Position numbers and translations under genes: made by a program. Positions 38,749 to 52,382 of a DNA stretch of 64,000 nucleotides are shown here, in pieces. Source of the DNA: Octopus sinensis (taxonomy: Eukaryota); the NCBI RefSeq assembly GCF_006345805.1, contig NC_043002.1:67270001-67334000 (forward strand), given 5' to 3'. Below the pieces are notes generated by a model. It searched no databases, was not told where the DNA came from, and saw only the letters and a list, made by a program, of their open reading frames with translations. Each line of letters begins with the position of its first letter. Within the stretch, counting starts at the first letter, position 1.

Positions 38749-40826
38749 CAAGAACTAAAGGAGGATATCCAAAAATTCTGTCGTAAGTTACGAATCGTAG
38801 AATTCTTCACAAATAGAAGTAATAAGATTGATGAATCCCTAGTAAAGAATAAATCAAATTTCACCCCACCAAAAAGAAGAAATAGTTATTTTGACCAATA
38901 CATTGCTATTCTGTTAAATTTCCCCTTTAGACGCAAGACTAAAGACTAATGTTAGGCCAAACATTAACAAATCCGAAATGTCTGCACTTAAACGTATAAA
39001 AAAAGATCAAACAATAATAATTAAATAAGCAGATAAAGAGGATGCAATTGTTATTATGGATGCAGAATACTACAAGGATTTGGTTGAGGACCAACTGAAG
39101 GACACAACCTTCTATTGTGAAATTCCTACAAATATAGACCACTACATCATGAAGAAGATCAACAACCTTGTTTTAAAACACAACTCACCTACTGATAATG
39201 AAATAGACTACATCACCAATGTCGAGCCTAAATCCAGCAATTTCTACGGCTTACCGAGACTACATAAATCAAAAGATACTTAGCATGCAGTAAAAAAAAA
39301 AGAAAGTGAGTCTATAAAATTACTGCATCCAAAAGACTTAAAACTCAGACCTATTATAGCTGGCCCTGCATGCCCTACCCACCGTCTATGCAATTTTATT
39401 GATATTCTTTTGAAACCACTATGTACCTACATAACCGGTTTCATCCGGGATGACATCGACTTACTGCCCTATCTTCCCAAAACAACTGAAACGAATTCAC
39501 GTCTACCTACTTTTGATGTGGTAAGCCTTTACACGAATATTCCGCATGATTTAGGAATAAAGGCGGTTAAATACTGGGTAGAAAAACATAGAGAAATGAT
39601 TCCCAATATTAGACACAGACTTATTCTGGAAAACAACACATTTTTCTTCAATGGAATGAATTACATCCAAATTAAAAGCACGACGATGGGAAAGAGGTTT
39701 GCTCCCGTTTGCGCAAACTCTCTAACGGGATATCTAGAAAAATAACTCTACCAAGAAGTATAGGAAAACTATAGCACTGGATTTTGAAATTATATTGAAA
39801 AGGCATGGAAGAGATACCTTGACGATTGCTTCATAATCTGGACAAGATATCTAAATACTCTGGAAGAGTTTAATATTCTCCTGAACAACCTACGCCCATC
39901 TCTCCAATTTACAAAGGAGATGAGTTGTACCAAATTACCATTCCTAGATATGATGGTAATTAAAGAGGACACCACCATTACCCCCAGATATATACTACAA
40001 ACATACGGAGATGCATCAATACCTGTATTTTAAGTCGTGCCATTCATGACATACAAAACGCAGAAGAATTTGTACTATTGAAGAAGATGCAAATATCAGG
40101 AACAATCGCCTAATAGAATTAAGTGAATTTTTGCTCAAACAAAAATACCCATCTCTACTTATAGAAAATGGTATACATCGGGCAATAAAAATACCCAAAC
40201 AACTGAGGACAACCCAAAGAAGAGGAAAACAAGAACAGGTCATACCATTTATAGTAACACACAACCCATGTCAATAGAATATCTTCAACATTGCCAAAGC
40301 AAATCTACCAATCATTGCTCAAAGTAATGAATTAAAAGATATAATCACAGATCAAGCTATAGTGCTTAGTAAGACAGCCTAAAAACTTGAAAAAATCATT
40401 AACAAAAGTAAAGTTTGACCTTAGCAACAAAGACCAATCATTCACTGTATCTAAAGGCAATGAAATCTGGTGTGGCACATGCCAATTCATACATAGCGGC
40501 CGATATATGAACACAAAATCTGGAAAAATATTCACAAACGCAAATATGAACTGCAAAATTTAATTTACTACATCAAATTCCCAAATTGTGAAGAACTATA
40601 TGTAGGTCAGACTGGAAATGCACTATCAGAACGTTCACATGTGCACCGACAGCAAATTAGAGAGTCAGATGCCTGTCAGATACCTTTGAGTAACCATCTA
40701 GCAATATGCGGTCGGAAAATATTAATATTTTCCATTCTACAAACTATACAGTCCAAGTGAAATTGAGAGAAAAATCAGAGAAAAGAACTTTATTAATGAA
40801 TTCCAACTCAAGCTAAATAAACAATA
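38745..40826 (+). mobile_element. Penelope-like element: RT plus GIY-YIG endonuclease, pseudogenised
   Basis: KQADKEDAIVIMDAEYY..., FYGLPRLHK, LRPIIAG, TFDVVSLYTNIP, MGKRFAP, WKRYLDDCFIIW, LPFLDM, CGTCQFI zinc linker, IYYIKFPNCEELYVGQTG...HRQQI; many stops and frameshifts. Confidence 0.92.
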
Positions 40827-41690
40827 ATACTAATACTTAGAGGTACCATTTCTACTCTAGAGGTACTATTTCTATAATCTTATTTTGCCACAGCTACTCC
40901 TACCACCACCATTTATTCTTGCTGCCGGGAGCTGGCGCACTGATCGTTGTAAAGTTGATCGGTCGTAAGTCGACGATGACCTCTAAATCCAAAGGAGAAC
41001 TTGATTTCAGCAAACAAACTAACGAAGCTAGTGTTCTGTCTCGTTACATAGAACGGATTTTAATGGCGATTGGGTTCCAGGCAATTAGCTGAAGGTCACT
41101 GGCTTATATCCGCTCACCAGTATTGCATCGTATTCGCGTTCAAGACACTTAACCTCCTAATAATCTAGTCCATCTAGTTCTGAGTGGCTTCTGCGACAAA
41201 ATAGTCGCTGTATGCACGCATAGTACTTTGTAACTGACGAGTAACTTATTGCCTAACAGTATCGTGTTTAGATTTCCGCTCCGGAAAAAGCTATTTACGG
41301 TAGCGACCCGCCCTAGATTAGCATTCAATCCAGAAAGAGACTTACTTCTCCACCGATTAACGCAACTGCAGTCTGAGATGAGTAATAAATGGATTTTATG
41401 CATTTTAGTTATTTCGAGAGGGATTAACTTAGTTTTTGTTCCTTAGAATGGTAAACGGTATCTATACCATGTTACTTAATTCAATTAGCTTAACTGAGTT
41501 AACGTCTATTAAAAGCCCTGTTCGTAGACGCAGCGAAGCACCAACGGTAGATAAGAACTGCTCAATGCTTGACCCGTAGTCTAACATTCTATAACCGACA
41601 CCCTACTGTTTTCGGTCGAGAAGATATAGGGCTAGGTCTCTTGCTGAAATGATAATTCTGTTATTGTGAGTGTGTATGCGTGAACATGCA

Positions 41691-43000
41691 TACAAGGTGG
41701 TATCAAAAAGTTCCCAGACTAGTAATGTTTAATAAAAAATAATCTATTTACCTAAGTTTTAACATCAGCGCCTTCGAAATAGTCCCCTTGCGCAGCAACA
41801 GACCGGTCCTAGCGTTCCTACCATTTTGGAAATCCGGCCTGGAAGTCGTTCTCCGTAAACGAGTCGAGAACCTTTTGCGATTCGCCCCGGATCTCGACAA
41901 CGGTATTAAAGACGGTGTTAAAAGCTGCATTTTCATTTGGGGGAAGAGATAGAAGAGATGGAAGTACGCAGGCGCTAAATTTAGTGAATAGGGCGGGTGC
42001 GGAAGCGATACCACGAGTGAACAGAGCTCACTCGTGATGAGAAACTCACGAGTGAGGGGAGATCGGTGACAGGGTGCATTACCTTCGTGAAGAATCTAAT
42101 TCTTCGCGCCCCTCAGATCTGGTCGCTTTCGTGCTGAATGTCCTCCCTTAATGCTTCAGAACGTCGCAGTAGAACTCTTGACAGTCTGACCCTGGATAAT
42201 GGGGGGGGGGTTGTAGATGCAAAATACAACGGATGTCGAAAAAAGACGAACAGAAACAAACGATGAGCATACTCTTGATTGAGCTACGGCTCTGTCGTGC
42301 CTTTTTCGGTCGTGGAGATAAAGGGCTCTTCCATTTCGACAACTGCTGCTTCGTCTCAAGGTCGAACCCATAGATCCAACTCTCGTCACCGGTGATGATC
42401 CTCGACATGAAGGATGGGTCATTAGCGGCACGCTGACGGAGATCTTGACAGACTTCCGAGCAATGTTCTTCCTACTCAGTAGTCAGCAGGTGGGGAACAA
42501 CTTGGCAAGGAGACGCCGCATGTTCAATCCAGACGTTAGAATTGCCTGCACGGACCAATACAACAGATCAACAACATCAGCAATGTCGTAGCTTGTTCTT
42601 CAACGATTCTCATGTACAAGCTGATGAATTTCCTTCACATTTCCAGGGATGACGCTCGTGGTAGGTCTTCCAGATTGCTCATCGTCTCCCAGGGACGTTC
42701 TTCTACTTTTGAAGCTCCTGTGCTACTCGAAACATTGTTTCGTCGCTGTAAGCTTGCCGAAGCATGCTTAATATCTCTGTAGCAGACTTCCCAAGTTTAA
42801 CGCAAAATTTCTCATTGACTCTTTGTTTCTCTCCATGACAACATCGCAAACCACAGCATACACACGATCATGAAAACACAAATTTCAGAACTTGGGAAGT
42901 AAACACAGCGATGTCACTCAGCACATTGCGTCATGAAAGTCACTGCTAGATCTCAATGCGCCAGCAACCGTGTGCTACCATCTGTTGATACTACCTCATA
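41691..43000 (-). mobile_element. Full-length (~1.3 kb) degenerate mariner element
   Basis: Start codon at 42836 then KFCVKLGKSATEILSMLRQAY (HTH), IITGDESW, HPPYSLNLAP. Degenerate TIRs tacaaggtggtatcaaaa / tgttgatactacctcata (14/18). Confidence 0.9.
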
Positions 43001-43124
43001 CATACATACATACACACACACATGTATGTATCGGAATAAAACAACTTTTATTTTTTAATATAGCAATTAAATGTTTCTGTTACATATGTGTGTGTATATA
43101 TATGTGTGTGTGTATATATGTATG

Positions 43125-43144
43125 TATATATATATATATATATA

Positions 43145-43184
<40 letters not shown>

Positions 43185-43581
43185 GGAATACCAAAAATGG
43201 GACAAGGACGCAAAACATCCAGACAGACGATACAAAAAAAAAATACAAGAACGGGTCATTCGGAGTTTTCTTTCTTCATTCGAGTTCCATCTTTTCAATT
43301 TCGGCTGGTTATATTCGATATCGCTCCATATATATATATTGTCCTGTACCGAAGAAGAGAAATAACCCAGAAACCATTGGTCTACAGATATCGCTAAGGC
43401 TAGAAAGGGAGCAATAAACTCCCTTGGTCATGGTATACAGACACAGACCATGTGTCGGTAGCCAGCTGGAAAAGATGTTTTCTTGGGGCTTAAAAAGTAG
43501 TAACGTCATCCTGTGTAGGACAGCCACATTGTGTTGGCAAATAGATTTTACTGCTGGATATTATATATATATATATATATA

Positions 43582-43620
<39 letters not shown>

Positions 43621-43997
43621 TAAAGGAATACCAAAAATGGGACAAGGACGCAAAACATCCAGACAGACGATACAAAAAAAAAACAAGAACGGGTCATTCG
43701 GAGTTTTCTTTCTTCATTCGAGTTCCATCTTTTCAATTTCGGCTGGTTATATTCGATATCGCTCCATATATATATATTGTCCTGTACCGAAGAAGAGAAA
43801 TAACCCAGAAACCATTGGTCTACAGATATCGCTAAGGCTAGAAAGGGAGCAATAAACTCCCTTGGTCATGGTATACAGACACAGACCATGTGTCGGTAGC
43901 CAGCTGGAAAAGATGTTTTCTTGGGGCTTAAAAAGTAGTAACGTCATCCTGTGTAGGACAGCCACATTGTGTTGGCAAATAGATTTTACTGCTGGAT
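43125..43997. repeat. Tandem duplication (~440-bp period) of a composite repeat
   Basis: taaaggaataccaaaaatgggacaagg starts at 43181 and 43621; each unit is preceded by (TA)n(TG)n; units are almost identical. Confidence 0.95.
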
Positions 43998-44449
43998 ATA
44001 TATATATATATATATATATATAGATATATATAGATATATATGAAAATAAAAATACAAAATTGTTTTCACATAACAAATGTTCTGAATAACAGTTATATGT
44101 ATTAGAGTAAGTTTTTAAAGGGTGTGTTTTACAAACACATACAGAAAGAGAGAATCACATACCAATGAATTTTGTATACGGTTGTATCTATACCTGAAAA
44201 CACGAACACATGCACCTGCGTGTGTGCGTACGTATAGACATGTATGGCAAACAGCATGAAGAGGTTACGTTCTGTAAATGGCAACTGTGACATTGTTTTA
44301 GACTTCCTGGCCATAGCACTTTCATTTCCTTGCCGCTGTTAATATTACTGGGCAAAGCACAAACGTCATGGTTCACATTGCTCCTGTTTTGAGGACGTTA
44401 AGACTGCCTACTCCTTCTCAGTTACGAACCAACGAAAGATCGTCTACAT

Positions 44450-44627
44450 TAGTGGTTCCCAACCTGTTGTCCGCTGACCCCTAGTGGTCCACAAAAGTAG
44501 TGATAGGGTTCCGTGAGCTAAATTTAAAATTTCATATATATATAAGGATAAGCATATTAAAATGGGTCCGTGGGAAAACTCATTTAAATAAAGGAGTCTG
44601 CGGTAGTGAAAAGGTTGGGAATCATTG
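44450..44627. mobile_element. hAT (Charlie-like) MITE
   Basis: 16-bp TIRs tagtggttcccaacct / aggttgggaatcattg; 8-bp TSD gtctacat / gtctactt (7/8). Confidence 0.88.
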
Positions 44628-44704
44628 GTCTACTTAGTGCCTCGGCCAGTTAGAAACAGCAGCCAACTCTCCCTCAAATATACCTTCCTTTGCTGTTTTT
44701 CCTT

Positions 44705-45090
44705 CATTTCTTTACTTATTTCAGTCATTTGACTGTGGCCATGTTGGAGCACCACCTTGAAGGGTTTTAGTGAAACAAATCGACACAAGGACTTATTTTT
44801 TATAAAGCCTAGTGCTTATTCTATTGGTTTCTTTTGCTAAGTTACGGGGACGTAAACACACCAACGCCGGTAGTCAAGCGGTGATGAGGAGAGCCAAACA
44901 TAGACACAGACACACACACACACAAACACACACGTATGTATATATATATATATATACGCCGGGCTTCTTTCAGTTTCCGTCTCTAAAATCTACTCACAAT
45001 GCTTTGGTCGGCCCGAGATTATAGTGGAAAACTCTTGCTCAAGGTGCCACGCACTGGGATTGAAGCTGGAACCATAGGGTTGAGAAGTAA
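44705..45090 (-). mobile_element. SINE family A
   Basis: Reverse-complement match. Confidence 0.85.
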
Positions 45091-45302
45091 GCTTCTTTTT
45101 TCGTTTTTTAACCAGGATATTATATAATGAATAATGTAGTCTAAAAACCATACAAAACAGGTTGGTCGTAGCTGGAACACCTCTGAACATAGGCATAGTG
45201 AATTAAGGTTAACCTTGAGCTAGCTAAACACAAACAATCACTAACTTTGTTTAGGAATACAAAGGAAGCAGACACTTTCTCAGAATTGCCTTGTTAAATA
45301 TG

Positions 45303-45613
45303 TATACCTCCTCGACTTACGACCTATGGCGACTTACGACCACAAAAAATAAGAAAATAAAAAAAATAAAAAATCGATTTTCGGACGTTGGACAGCTGTG
45401 CGTACGATAACTATAGCAGCATCTGGCAATGCAGGCCTCCCGCAGACCCCCAGGCATCCACTGCTTGCCACTGTTTCTCACTCAGTCGCTTTCAAGCATC
45501 AGTTGCGTTTGAATGAAAATAGTGTTGAAAAATATAAACCCGACAAACGACAAGATCGACTTACGACCTGTCAGTCGGTTCGGAACTCGGTCGGAAGTCG
45601 AAGAGTAGGTATA
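45303..45613. mobile_element. Tigger/pogo-like MITE
   Basis: TIRs tatacctcctcgacttacgacc / ggtcggaagtcgaagagtaggtata; internal repeats of cgacttacgacc; TA ends. Confidence 0.75.
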
Positions 45614-46494
45614 TTCTTAAAGTCGCACTGAAATGCAAACACATGTTCACAAAGATCGATTTTAATCTTTTGTTATATCGATTCGGCAATGCAGGTTCGA
45701 TTCCCAGATGCATCATTATACTTTTCACTAAGTCTTTGTATGTATACCTGCCTTTTTTTGACTGCTATCTCTTATGAGCCTTACATTTTAGCCCTAAAAG
45801 GGAAATTAACAAAAGATTTGAATAAGTACTGTGGGAGCGTTCGGATGTTAAATATGCGCGAGTTTTATAGCTTTATTAAGGAACATTTCTCAAAGCCCAA
45901 GCAGACAGAATGGAAAAGGCGTTGTCCCGGAGGCCTCGTATCTATAATCCGTAGAGCAGGACAGGTTCCATCTGGGCTGTGAGGCTTTTGAGAAAGTCCG
46001 TAGGGCAGAACTGAAGGTAACTCGAGTGGGTAACTGTTAAAAATCAGTGCCGCTTATATTCATACCATACACATGTACATACGCACGAACACACACACAC
46101 GCAGGCACACACTCACGCGCACACACACACACTCCAGCATGCACGCACACATACACACAGGCACGCACACACGCATACACACATACAGTAGTCTATAAGA
46201 GTGTGCCTGTCCTTTACCCCTTTCCCTCATCGCCAAGCAAGAGCCGTGCTTTAAATGTATCTCGTTTATATATATATTTACAAATCAGTCCAACCCATCA
46301 AACAAGTAAAGTTTTAATGACACCCAAACTGATATCGTGTAGTGTCTCTCAGAATTACAGGACGAAAGGATGCTGTCCTGGTTTGGCTTGTCTAAAGCTC
46401 TAAGCTGTACTGCATACAATCATACACTCGCCCATAAATACATACGTATATACATATATGAGTGTATATGTATATCTAACTATATCTGTATAAA

Positions 46495-47285
46495 TAATCC
46501 TTTCTACTATAGGCACAAGGTCTGAAATTTTTTGGTGGGGGAGACCAGTCGATTAGATCGATCCCAGTGTTTCACTGGTACATAATTTATCAAATACCTA
46601 TTTCTTTACTACCCACAAGTGGCTAAACACAGAGGGGACAAACGAGGACAGACAAACGGATTAAGTCGATTATATCGATCCCAGTGCGTAACTGGTACTT
46701 AATTTATCGACTCCGAGAGGATGAAAGGCAAAGTCGACCTAGGCGGAATTTGAACTCAGAACGCATTTCGTCCGACGTGCTAACGTTTCTGCCAGCTCGC
46801 CGCCTTTAAGAAAAATATTTATTTCTTTATTGCCCACAAGGGGCTAAACACAGAGTGGACAAACAAGGAGAGACAAACGGATTAAGTCGATTATATCGAC
46901 CCCAGTGCGTAACTGGTACTTAGTTAATCGACCCCGAAAGGATGAAAGGCAAAGTCGACCTCTGCGGAATTTGAACTCAGAACATGGCGGCTGACGAAAT
47001 ACCACTAAGCATTTCGCCCGGTGTGCTAACGTTTCTTCCAATTCGCCGCCTTTAAGAAAAATATTTATTTCTTTATTGCCCGCGAGGAGCTAAACATAGA
47101 GGGAACAAACGAGGACAGACAAAGGGATTAAGTCGATTACATTGACCCCTGTACGTAACTGGTACTTAGTTAATCGACCCCGAAAGGATGAAAGGCAAGT
47201 CGACCTCGGCGGAATTTGAACTCAGAACGTAGCTCTCAGATGAAATACTGCTCAGCATTTCGCTCGGCGTGCTAACATTCTGCCC
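46495..47285 (-). mobile_element. SINE family B head-to-tail multimer
   Basis: Core repeated at ~46720, ~46935 and ~47180, plus a partial unit at ~46560. Confidence 0.9.
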
Positions 47286-47741
47286 GCTGGATTTGAACAT
47301 AAACGCTCAAAGTTTATAAAGTTCTAAATACCCTTCGGAGATGGAAAAATAAAAATTAACCCGTTGATAGGAAGTGAACTAGTCCCATCTGCTGTTTACC
47401 AGATAAACTTTTTACTCTTCTATTTTACACCGTAGCTTCTGTCCGATATGAAGCGATAGATCAGGGTTCGCTTACTCGACTGTGCAGCGTTCGTTTATGT
47501 TACATTTCACTACTTTAAAAAGAAATTTATTTTCATTTCAAGTTATTGTTTACACACACTCACACACCTAGTCATACATACACATATGCACATATACATA
47601 CACATATACATAGACACTCGAATGCATATGGACACATGCACGAGGACATTCATACGCATACAAATATGCATATATACACATGCATATATACACATTCTCA
47701 ACAACAACATATATAACTTTTACTATTATTTTTAGCATCAC

Positions 47742-48262
47742 TAAAGCGGAAAACTGACAGAATCGTTAGCAACGCTGGACGAAATACTTAGCGATGTTTC
47801 GTCCGTCGCTACGTTCTGAGTTCGAGTTCCGCCGAGGTCGACTTTGCCTTTCATACTTTCGGGGTCGATAGATTAAATACCAGTTGCGTACTGGGGTCGA
47901 TCTAATCGACTGGTCCCCTCCCCAAAAGTTCCGGGACTTGTGCCTAGAGTAGAAAAGGATAAATTATGTACCAGTGAAACACTGGGGACGATGTAATCGA
48001 CTAAATTCCCTTCCCACAAATTTCAGGCCTTGTGCCCAAAGCAGAAGGATTATTTTTAGCATCACTAAAGAGGCGAACTAGCAGAACCGTTAGCACGTCG
48101 AACAAAATGCTTAGTAGAATTTCGTCCACTTTACGTTTTGAGTTCAAATTCCACTTGAGTCGACTTGGCTTTTCATCCTTTCAGGGTCATTAAAATAAGT
48201 ACTGGGGTCAATATAATCGACCAGCCCCTTCCTCAGATTTCAGGCCTTCTGCCTATAGTAGG
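47742..48262 (+). mobile_element. SINE family B, two copies
   Basis: Heads at ~47745 and ~48068. Confidence 0.85.
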
Positions 48263-48276
48263 TCTCTTTTACATGT

Positions 48277-48470
48277 TTCTGTCATTTGACTGTGGACATG
48301 CTGGAGCACCGCCTTTATTCGAGCAAAGCGATCCCAGGACTTATTCTTTGTAAGCCTAGTACTTATTCTATCGGTCTTTTTTTGCGAACCGCTAAGTTAC
48401 GGGGACGTAAACACACCAGCATCGGTTGTCAAGCGATGTTGGGGAGACAAACACGGACACACATACATAC

Positions 48471-48543
<73 letters not shown>

Positions 48544-48640
48544 TATATGTATACAGGATGAGCTTCTTTCAGTTTTCGTCAACCAAATCCACTCACAAGG
48601 CTTTGGTCGGTCCAAGGCTATAGTAGAAGACACTTGCCCA
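48277..48640 (-). mobile_element. SINE family A, lacking head
   Basis: Reverse-complement match. Confidence 0.88.
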
Positions 48641-48829
48641 AGTAGAGGGAATTATTATTATTATCACTGAGGGTGATAGATTGACAGAATTCGTTAAAGG
48701 ATCGAAAAAAAAAATGCTTTGCGGTATTTGTTTCGGTTATTTACATTCTGAATTCAAATCCTGTCGTTGTCAATCCAATTTGGTAGACAGAAACTAAAAG
48801 AAGCCCGTCATATATATATATTGTTGTTT

Positions 48830-49143
48830 GTTCCTTCTCGAGCCATGCCTAGCTCATAAGGGCCGGTTTCCCGGTTTCCTTGGCTCATAGAGCCGGTTTC
48901 CCGGTTTCCTTGGCGTATAGGTTCCCCACCTGGACGGGACGCCGGTCCGTCGCAGGGGAGTTGCAAGATGCAGGAGAGAAAGTTGTGGCGAAAGAGTCAG
49001 CAGAAGTTCGCCATTACCTTCTGCCGGAGCCGCGTGGAACTTGGGTGTTTTACTCATAAACGCACACATTGCCCAGTCTGAGATTCGAACTCGCGATCCT
49101 TCGACCGCGAGTCTGCTGCTCTAACCACTAGGCCATCTGCCTC

Positions 49144-49144
<1 letters not shown>
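48830..49144 (-). mobile_element. SINE family C, second subfamily (different 3' tail with a 30-bp duplication)
   Basis: Reverse complement of 58858-59160; tRNA-like head at 49075-49144. Confidence 0.85.
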
Positions 49145-49145
<1 letters not shown>

Positions 49146-49174
<29 letters not shown>

Positions 49175-49199
49175 CATATAATATATATATATATATATA

Positions 49200-49255
<56 letters not shown>

Positions 49256-49288
49256 TACATATATATATATATATATATATACATATAT

Positions 49289-49325
<37 letters not shown>

Positions 49326-49445
49326 TATACATATATAATATATATATATATATACATATATATAATATATATATACATATATATATTATATATATATATA
49401 TATATATAATATATATATATATATATAATATATATATATATACAT

Positions 49446-49501
<56 letters not shown>

Positions 49502-49506
49502 CATAC

Positions 49507-49539
<33 letters not shown>

Positions 49540-49598
49540 CAATATATATATATATATACATATAATATATATATATACATATATATATTATATATACA

Positions 49599-49654
<56 letters not shown>

Positions 49655-49657
49655 CAT

Positions 49658-49693
<36 letters not shown>

Positions 49694-49877
49694 CATATAT
49701 ATTATATATATACATATTATATATATATATACATATATATATTATATACATATATATATATATATACTATATATATATATATACATATTATATATATATA
49801 TACATATATATATATATAGATATATATATATACATATATTATATATATATATATTATATATATATATATATATATAT
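49146..49877. repeat. ~730-bp degenerate (TA)n array with periodic CA interruptions
   Basis: Directly visible. Confidence 0.98.
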
Positions 49878-49995
49878 GGGTACAGGACGTCATCAACTGT
49901 GCAAACAACATGAAATACGTAAAAACAGGGCAAGTAAACTCAGAGGAAGGACCCTTTATCAGTTGTCAGCAGTTTATCTACTCTTCATTTCGAGC
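49878..49995 (-). mobile_element. Terminal fragment of the Penelope-like family at 59380-59830
   Basis: atgggtacaggacgtc...aaacaacatgaaatacgtaaa...ggaccctt..atcagttgtc is shared with 59383-59510. Confidence 0.6.
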
Positions 49996-50261
49996 ATTTG
50001 CGCGCGTGCGGTGTGTGGTATGTGTGCATCTTTATGTCTGTGTGTTCTCCTACCACCACATGACAACCGGTGTTGGTGTGTTTACGTTTCTGTAACGTAG
50101 CGGTTCAGCGAAAGAGAGCGATAATAATTAGTACCAGGCTTAGAAAAATAATAATTTGTGAGGTCCGATTCGTTCGACTAAAATTCTTCATACTTACATA
50201 CATAGAGATATGGCCGCAGTCTATTGGCTAAAACAAGTAAAAGATAAAAGATAAAGGATAA

Positions 50262-50427
50262 CCGATATGGTTGCGTGGTCAAGAAGTTCGCTTCGTAGCC
50301 TCATAGTTTTGGGTTCGGTCCCACTGCGCGGCATGTCAGGCAAGCTTTTTTTTATATATTAAAGCCCCGAACCGAGCCATGCCTTCCAAAAGTGAATTTG
50401 GCAGACGGAAACTGTGTAGAAGCATGT

Positions 50428-50478
<51 letters not shown>

Positions 50479-50830
50479 AACGGCGGTGCATCAGCATGGC
50501 CGCAGCTCTGAGCTGAAACAAGGAAAAAATATATAGATGTAATATATATGTGTGTATGTGTGTGCACATGTGCATGTGAGTGTGTGTCTTTGAGTCTGCG
50601 CTTGTTCCCACGCCATCGCTTGACAACCGGTAGTGGTTTGTCTACGTCCCCGTAACTTAGCAGCTTGGCAAAACAGTCCGGTAGAACAAATACCAGATTT
50701 GAAAAGAAAGTAACTGAGGTCGATCTATTCAAGCAAAAAAAAAAAAAAAAGAGAAAGAAAAAGAAAAAAAAGAAACTTCCAAGGTGTTGCCCCAGCATGG
50801 CCGCTGTCCAGCGACTGAAGCCCGTAAAAG
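50262..50830 (+). mobile_element. SINE family A, degenerate with inserted segment
   Basis: Head ggttgcgtggtcaagaagttcgc; 3' half catcgcttgacaaccgg...ccagcatggccgc. Confidence 0.8.
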
Positions 50831-51863
50831 ATAAGACTTAAGTTGAAAGACAAAAATCAACAGATAAAGAAATAGACAACTTACCTGTGTGAGACGAGTG
50901 GTTTCCTTCAGACCGGGATGCTATTACTGCCACCTACCGGCCTAGTTCACTGGTCACCAGCTGTCTTTCCGTGTCTATTCTATGGTACAAAAGCTAATCC
51001 AACTTCCGGAAGGTGTAGACAGTAGTTTCCATGTCATATACACGCATGAATTCATTTATATATATAGGTGTATATATATATATATGTTTGAGAATAGCAA
51101 TATAAACATATGAACGTGCATGTGCGCGCGCATCTGTATGTGTGTGTGTGTAAGTGTGTGTGTGTGTGTGTGTGTGTTACGCTGAGGTGATGGTATTGTA
51201 ATGTTGTGTGGGTGGGTTAGTTTCGGTACTGTAATTATGTATATGTATGTATATCTGTATGTATGTATGTATGTATGTATGCGTGTATGCGTGTGCGTAG
51301 GTGTGTGTGTGTGTGTGTACGCGCGTGTGTGTGTGTGTGTGCGTCAGTGGATTTCCAGTTAGTGGGCTATGACTCTAAAAGTGTAGACAGACAAGAGTGT
51401 GTGTGTGTATGTGTGTGTGTGGGGTATTTGTTTGTATAGGTATGTATATGTGTCGGGTGTGTGAATGTGTGTGCGCGTGTACAGAGCTTGTGGTGCAACG
51501 ATTTGCAAGTGCCCGTGCAGTTTTTGAACATAAAATGCAATCAGGGTCCATGTAGCATCAATGCATGCATAGAATTTTGCATGTATTGTATGTAGTGTAT
51601 TATTCTCCTCTTAGATATCGGGGACTGGAGTTGAGAAAGAAGCACAGATAGAGAGAGGAAGAGAGAAAGGCTGACAGACAGAGAGAGTGTCAGAGAGAGA
51701 GAGAGTGTGTGTGACAGACAGAGAGAGAGTGACAGACAGAGAGAGCGGCAGAGAGGGAGAGAGTGACAGAGAGAGAGTGGTAGACAGAGATTAACTGCTT
51801 GACAGATAGATGGATAAATAGATAGATAGTTAAATAGATCTCTCGATTGTTCGAGGAATAGAC

Positions 51864-51927
<64 letters not shown>

Positions 51928-51931
51928 ATAG

Positions 51932-51994
<63 letters not shown>

Positions 51995-52350
51995 AAGTAT
52001 TATAAATTAAAAAGTATGTTCTATGCAGGTTATGTGTAAAAATGTACGCAGTGGTAACTTTATTTTCTAATGTTTACATACGGTTCGTTTTGTGTTTACG
52101 AATGCATCTGTAGGTGTGGCTAAAACTTATGCAGACTACTTGCGTTTGTGCGTGTGTGGGGGTGTGTTTGTGCGTGTATGTATGTGTGTGTTTCATGCCG
52201 ACCGGACATGTTCATGTATAAATATATGTGTACTTACATGTATCTGTGTGTATGTGTGTGTGTGTGTGTGTTGGAGTAAAGTGTAAACGCGATAGGTATA
52301 TGTACGTATGCAAAATTTACATCCGTTAATATTCGCGTGCATGCATGTAC

Positions 52351-52382
<32 letters not shown>

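Noticed and set aside
45865-46000. Short inverted repeat ttctcaaagc / gcttttgagaa
   Set aside because: About 10 bp with an indel, no TSD and no other support; compatible with chance.
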